Of a DNA stretch of 64,000 nucleotides, positions 1 through 11,942 are shown piece after piece. A model generated the notes under the pieces. That model saw only the letters and a program-made list of their open reading frames with translations. It searched no databases and was not told the origin of the DNA. The DNA lies in contig NIVC01003201.1 in the NCBI GenBank assembly GCA_002269645.1, forward strand, positions 1 to 64,000. The letters run 5' to 3'. Each line of letters opens with the position of its first letter. The stretch's first letter is position 1. Made by a program: the position numbers and the translations under genes. Source of the DNA: Macrostomum lignano. Lineage: Eukaryota.

Positions 1-291
1 CAATTTAGTAGGGGCCTGGTACTAGGGCGCCTAGTAGTTTCAATGCTTGTACATAAAAAGGAAATAGTTTTGTTGATTTATCAACATATAGCTGTTAATG
101 TTAGCAGTAGCAATAATTTAACAAAAATTAGGCCTAATAAATTATTCATTTTTAATGCATTCCAAAATTATGAGCCAAAGCTGATGTTTTTATAATTAGG
201 ATTTCATATTACGATTACAGAACCAAAATCGATTTGGATCTCCTAGAAAAAAGCAGTAGGCCTATAAAAAAGTATAGCTATTTAACTTCGC

Positions 292-1376
292 TGAATGTTT
301 GACTGCCTTAACAACAGCCTCTTTTTGCACAAATTTTACTTTCTTCTTGGCTATTGCAATTCAATAGCTACAAATTTATAGCACGTATATTCCTCTAGTT
401 AAGGGGACAAAAAGTTATACTTTACAAATTGGATCTGGTTTTAGAACCAGAACAAGCAATATTAAAAGGCGAAAGGCCCAATGTCCATGAAAGTTAAGCT
501 TGAAAATTATCACCCGGTATTACTCGGTCAAACTTTAAACTGCAAATTCCACCAAACTATGGGTCTATTAATTACAAGCATAATAAAACTTAAAATAGGC
601 CTACTCTATCGTAAATAAAAAAATTAAAAAGGACCTAAGCTTATTTGTATTAACATTTGTTTGTTATTATGCTTATATTTTTTTAAAGTATCAACGAAAG
701 GAATGAGATTTTGCTGTACAGCTGAATCATATGAATACATTACAATGTTACATGACGGAATGCAGGATAACATCTAAATAGACTGTCCTAAAAGTTCGTC
801 TTTACATTCACTGACTAAAAATTGGAATATTTCATACGCGCATCAAACAAACATGTAATATAGAATGTTTAGTATATTGAGATGTACATGTAGCTGCAGT
901 TCCCTTGACCTCTCAAATTGCTCCCCAATCCCAACTTGCTCAACCAGCAAAACCCTCCCTTGATTTCTTCTTAACTGATAAATTATGTACATGTAAATTC
1001 TACAAAATTCACGTATATGACAGAAATTCGCTTAGCTTAAGCTTAAAGTATGTTTACTTTACAGAACAAGCTAGCTTTACGCTTAAGCTTACTTCGCTTA
1101 GTAATCGGTTATCTATGAGGCTTTTCATATTACCAATTCCAGAATCAGAATCGGTTCGGAATTCCAAGAAAAACAGCAGTATAAATATTTAATTCTGTTG
1201 AATGTTTGACTGCCTTAACAACCTCACTTAGCACAATTTTTCACTTTCTTCTTGGCGATTGTCATTCAATAATAAAAAATTTATAGCACGTATCTCCCTC
1301 TAGTTATGGAGACAAAAAGTTATACTTCACAAATTGGTTCTGGTTCTGGAACCAGAACAAGCAATATGAAAGGGCC
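292..1376. repeat. Diverged ~190-bp direct repeat pair (292-480 and 1199-1376)
   Basis: Both copies read TGAATGTTTGACTGCCTTAACAAC...GACAAAAAGTTATACTT...GAACCAGAACAAGCAATAT with scattered substitutions. No shared ORF. Confidence 0.8.
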
Positions 1377-4300
1377 CTATATCTATGCACGTGCGTCACG
1401 CTTCCTGAATTGCGAATCGATCTAGTTTTGCATCATCCAAATTTAAAACAAATATTTTTGTATATAACATAATATTTAATTTCTTAGTAGTTTTTTTTCG
1501 TTTTGCATGCCTTCAACGTTTTCTTGTGTGCTGTTTTTCAAGCGATGCGAATGATAAAAAAGTTGAAGACGAGAAAAATGGTCACATTTTTCCTTGAAAA
1601 AAACATTTCAATTTATTTATTAAGCTTCTTTTCAACCAAAACATAAGATGTTGTTTACTGTTTCCGGTGGCAGGTGGATCAACACAGGGGTTCGGATTTT
1701 TAATTTATACTTATACGTAGCTCTTATTATTAACAAGTGAATCTGATAACAGTGTTAGTTGACAATGGGATAAGAAAAATCCGTCGGCAGAAATTTTTAG
1801 CAGAGGATTTAGATTATATTAATAACTGACAAGCTGAGTGCCCGCTTGCGTTTCAGACTTAGATAGCGAGAGCAGCGCTAATTGAACTTGCATCGGAATT
1901 CGATTTTGGTTAGCTTAGCTTATAATCTGCGGGCGAGTAAACTTTAATTCACGATGGCAATAACTTATTTAACTGTTATAGTCTACATTAATAAATGTTG
2001 AGCTTCTTGAACTACTGCCTACTGAATGAAGCGGGGCGACTACAGCTTTAAAAATTTTGAACTTTGCTGTTGGAGAAAAGAAGAAATGGGGGTTTCAAAA
2101 AAGGGGCAGAACAAACAAAAGTGGGAGAATAATTAGAAACAAATTTTGGAGAATCGGATCGGGAAACTGCAAGGAAAATATCGCGAACAGGAAAATATGA
2201 AATATAGAAAAGCAGAAAACGGTGAAACAAGCAGAGAAACTGTTTTATAAGTTTGCTACGGATAGAGGCTTCACTGCAACAGATAGAAAAACTAATTACG
2301 GCATGCTAAATAAGAAAAAATTAGGAAGCTTCAAACATAACAAATTATAAAGCTAAGAATAACGCATGAACTAGCTACTAATAGTAATATCTTATTGATT
2401 TTTTACAAAGCAGGACCTACTGGCGCGGCTACAGAAGGATTAAGAATATCGGTGCAGTATATTGGATATTAAAGCACTGCTCTCTGAGCACTAGTAGAAG
2501 GGACAGCTTTGAGCTACTATTTAAACAGAGCTCTAGTTAAAACTTGGGACACAGTATCTGATTTTTCAGGAGGGCTTGTTTTTATCGGTTATTTTTAAAC
2601 CGCTATTATTTAGCTTAAGATACTCTAGAAATTCATTCTATATAGTCTAGCAGATAGGAAAAACGTACAAAAAAGATATTCAAACACAGATTGCAGAACA
2701 AAAAAATTGGCTGGAGAAAACAGGAGGATGGGAAAAAATTGCTTGGGACAAGGTGCTAGCAAAATAGAAACAAAAATACAAGTGTATATGCATAGAGACT
2801 ACTCAGAAAGTAATATTGTGAGCACGGCCTAGTAGTTTTGCACAGAAAATAATAAAGAAACCAAATAAAAAAGAGCAAAACAAAGAGGGCAGGAGAGGGC
2901 CAGAGACGCGAAGTCCGATTAGGAAAATTACCGACAAATAATAAAAGTCGTTGCACAGCAAACAGGAGAACGCGGAGAGAGAGAGAGTTCCGGAACACTT
3001 TTTTCAGGACAGGAAGATCGAGTTGGCAAAAGCGATGCGAGATTTGCCTGTCTAGCAAAACAGATTTATTTAAATAACTTCTGCTTTTGAAATAACTGGT
3101 ATTGAACTTGTCAGCACACGGAAGCAGAGATTGTTTAAAAAACGGCAATGATAACTCGGTTGCGTTGGATATGTGCCAGAATTGTTTTTGCTTTCATTGA
3201 GGTGCGCGCGACAGAAAATTATACGACAAGCGGGCCTTTCCGATTCATAAGGTAAAGAGAAGAGGCAGGTGATAATATTTGTAAGTACAGTATAGCCTTT
3301 TGTTATGGATAATATTTTGGTTAATTCTACTTTATGCTCGAAGTAAGTGGACTTGACGTTATTTTATTAATAAGCTTTAGTAATTTATAATTTCAGCAAA
3401 CAGAAGCATTAATTTATACAAATATATAGTTACGTAAAACACAAGACTTCGTATAAAAAAAGGCAGAAAACTATTCGTGACCAAGAAGAGTCTGTAAGAA
3501 AAAAAATATATAATTCAATACAAAATACAATGCTTTTTCTTAAGTTTCACATTTAAGTATTTTTAAACCTATTTGTCTTAGCACACGTTCTCAACACCAG
3601 CCTGCAAGTGTAAAAGGCTGGGGGCCGTTAATCGGTCGGGCCCCAGAACACTTGCCAAAAAATGAAAAAAAAACTTGAAAAAAAGATACAAAAGACACGA
3701 AGAAACAAAGTTGACATTGTATTTGGCCAGCGGAGCCGGTGCAACGGGCCAGGGTCTGCTGGCTGAGCAAGCTGGATTTTTGCCGAATGGCGCCGAGTCA
3801 AACGCCTGTGCTACGAGCTGACTGCAACTGCTGAGGGGCAAAACCACAGGGGGCGGTTGCTGACACAGCCAGCCATCACAATAGAACCTATGGAAGCACA
3901 GAAAAGGGACCAAAGAATGCCTGTTGATATAGTTAGCATACCTAAGTGCTAGAGGGATAGATGGATAGAGGGACATTTGGTGTCAGTTATCAATCAGCCA
4001 GCTGCACAAGGACTCGCCCAGTTAAAACTGTCCATTCGGCGAAAAAGACAACAAAGAAAAGAGAAAAAACCCCACAAAATTCACCCCAGCCCTAGCCGGA
4101 CGCATCACCAGTTCGCTGTGTGTGTTATTTAGGGAAAAAAATCCCTGAAAGTCGCTCGATAGACGAAAAATGCACAAAAAACGCGCAAACACACGCTCGG
4201 CCCTGGCGCGTTCGAGTCGCAATCGGCCAAGGAGCCTCTTTGCCGTAAAAAAATTGCTACTAACAACAACAAAACGCTCCGAATATCTCCGTCTCTACGC

Positions 4301-4756
4301 GACACAAAGCAAACTCTCTGGCACAAATTAGTTTCTTTATAAAATATATAAATAAAAATAAGCAGCTTAACAAAGGCTCGAGAAAGTAAAACAAAGCAAA
4401 ACAATGAATATAAATATTTAAGTATTCATTCCCACAACTGTTAACAACGAATCTAGCAATCCAATATTGGACGCACACGGGGAGCTTTTCGTTGATCTTC
4501 AACCATCAATTAAAACAAAATTTCTATAATTTTAATAACTATTTTTTGTTGCAATGTAAGCGCAGGCGGAGGGTTCGTTCGCACCAAAGAAATCAAAGAA
4601 ATTCAGCAATAATAAAATTATAAATTTGTCATCTCTTCTGCTGTCGCTGCCTCGCGTCAAATTTCATCTGTCAAATTGAAAAATGTGGCAATAAAAATTC
4701 TGTTTAAATGATAGCATTTATAGCAATACAGCAACTACTGACAAATATGCTTACCC

Positions 4757-7700
4757 TTAGGCGGGCACGGGCGGACTAGCCTGCTGTTTCGCGTCGCCGC
4801 TGCTTCCAGGCAGACCGGCGTGGCCGTTCGCAACAGCAGGGACCAGCAGCGGTGCGAGGCTGCTGCTGCTGCTGCTGTTGTTGCCTTGGAGGCGGCGGCC
4901 CCCGAGGAGGAGGCGGTGGCTGATAGCTGGGCATTGGCGGCATAGCGGCATGGGCTGGCATGTAGTCGGCCCGCGGCGCCGGGTAAGGAGCCAGCCTTGG
5001 CGGCATGACAGGCGGCATAGGCGGATAGCTATGCATAGCCGGGGCTGGCATCGGATAGGCTAGCGACGCGGCCAGCTGCTGCTGGTGCAGAACCTGAGCC
5101 TGGCTAATAAGTGCCCGTATTTTAGTCAGAGCCAGCTGAGTGCAGTCGAAGTTGCCGTAAATCTCCAGACTCTGATCCCGCTCCTCGGGCATATCGGGCT
5201 CGTCTGGTAAATTTATAATGCAGCCAGATGTGGCCTGCAGGTTGCGCACAGTCTTGCCCTGCTTGCCAATGATACGGCCGATCCACTTCTTGGGCACGCG
5301 CAGCACCGTCCACAGGCGCAAATCTCGTTCGGACACGTCCGGCGTCTCCTGCTGCTTGACCGAGGCGCGAACTCGTTGAAAGATTTGCCACTGGGCTCGG
5401 CACTGGTTGCCAGGCGGGCCGCGGATCGTCACGAGTCTTTGCGGCAGCTCGCCGTCGCGTTTCGGATCGACGTTCACCTTGCTAACGTTCACGTAGGTCT
5501 TTGTGTCCTCCATGATTTTCTTAATCGAAACGCCGTCGGATCCGATAACGGCGCCGGCGCTGGCGTGCGGGATTCGCATGTACACGGCCTCGTCCAATCG
5601 GATCTCTTCTACAGCAGCCTGCGGCGGGGGCGGCGCAGGTGCAAACATGGCCGGGCCGGCCGGCGCCATTGGCATCATGCCAACCATGCCTAGATGGCCT
5701 CCGTGATGTGCTGCTGGTGATGATGCGCCGGCAGCGGCTGCGGCGGCGGTGGAGGTGGTTGCGTTGGTGCCTGCATAGCGGCGGCGCCGTATTGGGCTGC
5801 GGCAGCGGCCGAAGGCGACGGCAAAGGCGCAAACGTGGCAGCCGTAGGATTGGCGGGCATGCCGAGGCGAAATCCGGGAGCCGAGTAGCCGGGCAGCGGA
5901 GCCCCAGGGGCCGGCAGCATGCCTGGCACGGGAGCCGGATAGCCTACAAATAAGTTATATTCAGCCATATTAGAGACAGGCTACTCAAAGTAGGATAGCA
6001 CAGGATTATAAAATTATCAATCTATAATCAAAACTGTACCAAATTCGGCAGGCTGATAGGGAGCCGGGTAGCCCTGGCTAACGGAGGGTGCATAGCTGTA
6101 CTGTTGCATATCGATGGTGTGACACTGGCGCAGCTTCTCAGATAGGAACTTCTCAGCCTGGCACATGCCTTCTAAGCTGCCCTTTACCGTGATGATTCGG
6201 TCAAGACTGAATGTTGGAGAACTCGAATCGTAGGTGGTTATGGTGGGCGAGCTGAAAATTTTGCGAGAAAACGTTTTGTCAGAGGCGCTTATTCAAATCA
6301 AGGGAGGCAATGGGTCAAAGTAACAGACAAGGGGGTCAAGGGAGCCAAGGGGTCAAGGGGAGAGCCAAGGGGTCAAGGGGAGAGCCAAGGGGGTCAAGGG
6401 GAGAGCCAAGGGGGTCAAGGGGAGAGCCAAGGAAGTCAATGGGCCACACAAGGGGGTCAACGAGACAGACAAAAGGGGTCAAGGGAAGAGACAAGGGGTT
6501 CAAAGGGACAGAGAAGAGGGGTCAAGGTAAGGGACAAGGGGGTTCAACGGGACAGACAAGGGGTCAAGGAGAAAGACAAGGGGTCAAGGGGAAGACAAGG
6601 GGTCAACAGGAAAGACAAGGGTTTAAGAGGAGAGACAAGGGGGTCGAGGGAAAGACAAGGGGTCAACGGGACAGGCAAGAGGTCAATGGAAAGACAAGGA
6701 GGTCAAGGGGTCAAGTGGACAAACAAGGGGCTCAAGGGAGAGACAAGAGGGAAAGGCTAAAGGGCAAAAAGCAGCAAGGGGTTAAAGGCAAAAAGAGACA
6801 ATGGGGGAGAGTAGACGGTTATGAATTGATGTAAACAAACTGCATACTTGGACAACTGTATGCTTGTCTTAGACTTTTCGCGAATCGTATTCAAATTTTT
6901 GCCATCCTTGCCAATAATCCGTCCGCAGAAACGGTCCTCCGCCAGAATGCCAAGATCGGGCTCCCTGCAATCAGTGGAATAGGACGAGATATTTTACTTT
7001 CAAAACAACAAATAGTGCATGGGAAGGGGTTGACAGCAGAGTCTGGAAATGTCAAGCTCTGAAGCCGGTGTTAAGCCCCACTGGAGGGGGGGGGGGTTTA
7101 AACGCACACATATCTAGACAGACAGGACTTACTCTTTGCCCTTCTCCTTGGCCTCGCCAATGCAGATGGACATGATCTCGCGGCAGGCGTCGGAGCAGGA
7201 CTCCGGCGAGCCGTACACGAAGACAATCTGTGCATAAAATTAGCGATTCTTCGTTCAAAAATCGGGAAAAAACTACACAAAAACACATGTCGGCTAAATA
7301 TAGTATGGACCGCCCACGAGAAGAGCATTGGAATTTTGAATTGCTTTCATTGATAGAAAGGGCCAACAGTCTAATCATATTCATTATTAATGAAAGTGGA
7401 TTTACATGACGACAGAATCAAAGAGATCTAAGATTATTTTTCCCCGACTAACCTGAAGTCTTTCGCTCAAAGCCGTTGCTTCAGTCGCGTCTCCCTTCTC
7501 TGGACTACGCGGCGAGCTCTGCAAAAAATGATAGTATTGCAAATATGGAATGTTTGAAAAAATTGCAATAATAGGGGGAAGCAGGTGCGCGAAATTAAAA
7601 ATCCCTTTGAAGTCCGATTTCGTCTTGAGAACAATGCTTTGTAGCCTAGCTGAATGGCCGAGGGAAATGGTGTCTAAATGAGGAAGTTCCTCGGGATCTT

Positions 7701-9042
7701 GTAAGCATTAAACAATGCGGGACCTTGACGATTTTTTCGCGACCATTTTTTTACTCTAAAACTCACGTCATGCACCTGTGACTCAACAGTCGCCTCTTCG
7801 TCACATGGTCTGTCAAAAAATCACCAAAGAGTCTCCTCAGAAGAGTCGCTTGAGTCACTAGTGAGTTGTTTGCAATGGCTCTTTAGCGTTTCTTGTCACG
7901 GTAACGTTTTCAACGGGATACACAAACATAGAGTATGGAACTTTTCATTTGTACATATTAAATGTCTAAGATAATTTGTTTTTTTGTCTCTGTCTGCCTG
8001 CCAAGGTATAAGACAAAATAGCTGTCTTAGTAAGTGCATCAGCTTCTGTCTCAGTAAATTCTTTATGGTCTGTCATAAGGGTTCGTCTTTGTGTCAGTGT
8101 AATTTTTAGCCATTCTGTAAACTTATGCACGTAGCGTTTTACACAATAATAAATTTCTAAATAAAATATTACTTTCAGAATGTATTCAAGCTCAGTGTGC
8201 TATCATCAAATATGCTAATTTTCTAAACTATGACTGCCCGCTAAAGGGGGCTAAGACAACTAGTCCCCACATACCAAATGTTTGTAATGCTCTATTAATT
8301 GAATCCATAGACCGATGCAAATATTTAAAAATATATATTATTAATACGAAAGAAGACAGTAGGTAAGATGTATACTTTAGCAACCACTGACCTTCTTAGG
8401 CTGGGCATTCTTCTGCACGACTTCACGTTTAACGTCAACTCGCGCTTTAGTCTTATTAGTAATCTCCTTGATTGTTTCACCGCCTTTGCCAATAATGGCG
8501 CCAACCAGATCGCTATTGATTAATATGCGCAGAGGATAATTCTCCCTAAGCGGCAGGCTGGTGGCCGGCGGAGCGCTCCGCCTCTGCTGATTAAGGCGGC
8601 GCTGGTTAGCCGAATCATTATTGAGAATCAGCTTCTGGCCCTGGAATTCCACATTGTTCAGCTCGGCCACCGCCCGATTGGCCGAATCGACGCAGTCCAT
8701 GGAGACGACTAGCACGCCTTCCTGATAATTGTGCGGCTCGATCTTCGCCACGTCGCCGTATTTGCCAAACATCTCCGCCAGGTCTTTGTCATTGTGCTTG
8801 CCGCTGGCGCCCATGACGCGAACCCGTTGACTCTTTTTAATCCCGCCGCTAGTTGCTAGCCCGTTCAGCTTGGCTGGGGCGGCGATGGTGGCAGAAGTGT
8901 CAGCGTCGCCAACTGACGCGTCGGAATTGTTGTTAACAGAGTTTGCCGGTTCGACAATCGTCTGTGCATCTTCAGCGACTGGCTGATGTTGGCCATCGGC
9001 GGCGGCATTGCCAGCCGGTGCTATTTCCTGCTCGCTGGACAT
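4757..9042 (-). CDS. IGF2BP: IGF2 mRNA-binding protein / Imp homolog (1 RRM + 4 KH), multi-exon, apparent frameshift between KH2 and KH3
   Basis: Exons 9042-8392 (RRM, KH1 start LRILINSDLVGAIIGKGGETIKEI), 7518-7453, 7227-7133, 6964-6848 (KH2 ILAEDRFCGRIIGKDGKNL), 6251-6040 (DRIITVKGSLEGMCQAE) and 5943-~4757 (Pro-rich linker, KH3 VIGSDG, KH4 IIGKQG). All junctions are GT-AG and phase-consistent. The linker frame stops at 5690 and KH3/4 are in another frame. The C-terminus is ambiguous (stop at 4776 or 4757). Confidence 0.88.
6302..6810 (+). repeat. Degenerate G-rich tandem array (GGGGTCAAGGGAGAGACAA-like) in IGF2BP intron 4
   Basis: Repeated GGGGTCAA/CAAGGGG units. The + ORF 6310-6834 is a low-complexity by-product. 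Confidence 0.8.
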
Positions 9043-10936
9043 GATGGATTAAGTCCCAACTGACCATGAGCGGCACAGCAAGGCTTCATTAGTACAAAAA
9101 TAACAAATAACAAATAACAAAAGATGTACTCCCAAACCGCTACAATTGCACAAAGCATGCTGGCTGTGTACAGATTGTAGACTGCTGAGACTGTTGGGAA
9201 GTCATACTACCCACCATGCACTGACCAAAGAGTCTGGCAAAAGAGTAACTTCATGCTATAAACTTATATAGCAAATATACTATAAATTATTTTATCGATC
9301 AGTCCTCGTCGACTTATCTTAAAATGTGGCTCTTTTCATATATTAAACACATTCACAACTCTCTAACAACTCAAGCAATGATGCCCTTAACTGTTAATTA
9401 AAAAAAACTGAAAAGCATACAAAATCCATGTGAATAGATATTTTTACTGAATCTTGAACGTAGAGTTTCTTTAGGCTTTGACCAAAGAGCCTGAACTGAA
9501 AATCTAGAAAGCTTAGAAAATCTAATAAACACACCAGTCAATGCCAGTTAATACAGATGAAAAAATTATTAGTCTATTGCTTTAATGTTTGGCTACTAAA
9601 GAAAAATTTCTAAACCAATTTCAAGATTGAATCTATATACAAAAAAGCTTAAGTTTTCTAACATCACAATCCCAGTGCCATTTGGCATCCTGATTCCAAA
9701 CTCAATATGTTAAATTGATTATAAAAATGCTTTAGCTACCATTGTAAAAATTCTATAATAAAATATCAATGAAATATCAATATCTACTCTATCTTTAGAT
9801 TGTTATATAAGCCTTTCTGAACCAAAGAATTTATAGAAGTTGATAAATTCTACTTTTATTATCTATTACAATACTAAAAGTGTTTGTTTTGGACTAAGAA
9901 ACAAGAAATATTTGTTATAGATATAAAGATTCTTTATTAGGGATATTTAAACAATAGATATAGCTTTATATAACTTTTAATTGAATCCAAAATGGCAATA
10001 GTTTTATTAGTTACTATAATATAATGATGATATAAAAGATAATGGAAATAGTTAAAACTTGTCATTTATTAATAGGCATTTATCCTAAATTTAGCTAATA
10101 TTGCCCAAACCACACAATATATATATGACATTGAAAATCTGTTTTTAAGTCCTTGACAATAGACTTTAAAGCCCCTAGTTTATTTAGAGTAAAATCATTA
10201 TCTTAAATTTATATTCTTGCCTTTATTGCCCTAACCTAGCATAAAAAAGCTCTATTGCTTAAGTCTCCAACCCAAGACTTATTATTAACAATTTACTTAT
10301 TTGAAAAAAAACAAGTGGCTATCAAGAATTATTTTTAGACATATGCCTTTCAAAAAGCATTTTCTATTATATTGCCTTCCTTCAAATGTCTACAGATTTG
10401 TTTTACTATTTTATCCTAAATTTTTTAATGTTGCAAAATATTTTATACATATGAAGTATATAACAATTAGCTGTTCATAGGCATCATAGGCACCTATTCA
10501 TATTCATAGGCATCACTTTTTATAGGAAGTAGACAAATGCTATTACCAAAGTGGACATATTTTGTTACAGAAGTAGATACCCATTTTGTTATTGAAATAG
10601 ACACACTTTGTTACCAAATAGTCAAATAAATAATCAAAGTTATTGCATTTAAAAACAAAGCCACTGAGTACTATATTAATAGTAAAGAAATAAATATCAA
10701 TATTCTTTTTAGGGATTCATGAAAAAAAATTATACAAAAACCCATAAAAAGCTTGCCATAAAAATTCAAGTGCCAAAAAATAAAAGCACATATTAACAGT
10801 AGGAATACCAAGCCATTTTTCTACCCGTTGAACTACCAAGAGGGGGAAAAATTCTCTCCCCCTCCCTGACAATTTTTTTTGCTGTGCCAGCAACACAGGC
10901 ACACGAAAAAGGCACACAAAATTCAAGAACACGGGC

Positions 10937-11942
10937 TAACTTTTTGTTGCGTACCTTCTCAAACAAGAATCAAGTCACCAGCCCTTTGGACCATCGAGAT
11001 ATTCAATGATTCTGCCAGGTCAGATTTTTCCCATAAGTGCTAGTGTATTCAGTACACCCCTGTGCGCCAATTAGCACTGCGCCTTAGTGCAGCCTTGCCA
11101 AGTCTCCAAATTTCATCAGCATGTCAAACACATGTGTCTGCATCAGTTCTGACTTTGTTGGTCACTAGTCTTCACCCAAGTGGAGCTTCTGGACCCTCAA
11201 TAGCTGTGGCTGTTGCCACCTGTTGAAGGTGCCGACGGCATCGGGGTGATGGCTAAATGCTTGACTGATTAGCTGAGGATGTCCAGCAGTTGAGGTTTGC
11301 CCATTATTGAAGCTTGATAAGAAAAACCTAACATTTTTGCAACAGGATGTCCATAGTCACCTGGTGTAATCTGTTGAAGGAGCCGATGGCGTCGGGATGA
11401 TGACGGAATGCTTGAGAAACTAGCTGAGAATGTCTGGCAGTTGATTCTTGCCCACTTTCGAGGCTCGATCAGCGAAACTAGAGAAATTCTTATCAGGCTG
11501 TCTATAGTCACCTGGTGTAATCTGTTGAAAGAGCCGATGGCATCAGGATAATGACGGAATGCTTGAGAGACTAACTGAGAATATTTGGCGGTTGATTCTT
11601 GCCCACTATCGAGGCTTGATTGATGAAACTAGAGAAATCCACATCAGTGTGTCCATAGTCACCTGGTGCCACAGCTGTTGAGGGTCCAGAAGCTCCACTT
11701 GGGTGAAGGCTAGTTACCAACAAAGTCAGAACTGATGCAAACACGTGTTCGACATGCTGATGAAATTTGGAGACTTGGCAAGGCTGCACTGAGGTGCAGT
11801 GCTAATTGGCGCACAGGGATGTACTGAATACACTATCACTTAGGGGAAAAATCTAACCTTCTGGCAGAATCAACGAATATCTCGACAGTCCAAAGGGCTA
11901 GCGACTTGATTCTTGTTTGAAAAGGTGCGCAACACAATGTTA
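10937..11942. mobile_element. Foldback-like element: ~275-bp inverted arms enclosing three ~151-bp tandem units
   Basis: Arm 10937-11210 is the reverse complement of 11668-11942 (e.g. CAAACAAGAATCAAGTC / GACTTGATTCTTGTTTG). The internal anchor CTGTTGA recurs at 11220, 11371, 11522 and 11675. No TSD or transposase seen. Confidence 0.7.

Noticed and set aside
1-4667. let-7 sites in the IGF2BP 3' region
   Set aside because: No GAGGTAG (sense CTACCTC) seen on reading. A computed scan is needed to exclude weaker sites.
7775-7858. Imperfect hairpin with inverted TGACTCA motifs in IGF2BP intron 1
   Set aside because: The stem is short and interrupted, and nothing else supports a pre-miRNA or MITE.
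11269-11789. Coding potential of the 151-bp internal units (PGDYGH repeats)
   Set aside because: The period is not a multiple of 3, and a stop is present at the same position in all three units.
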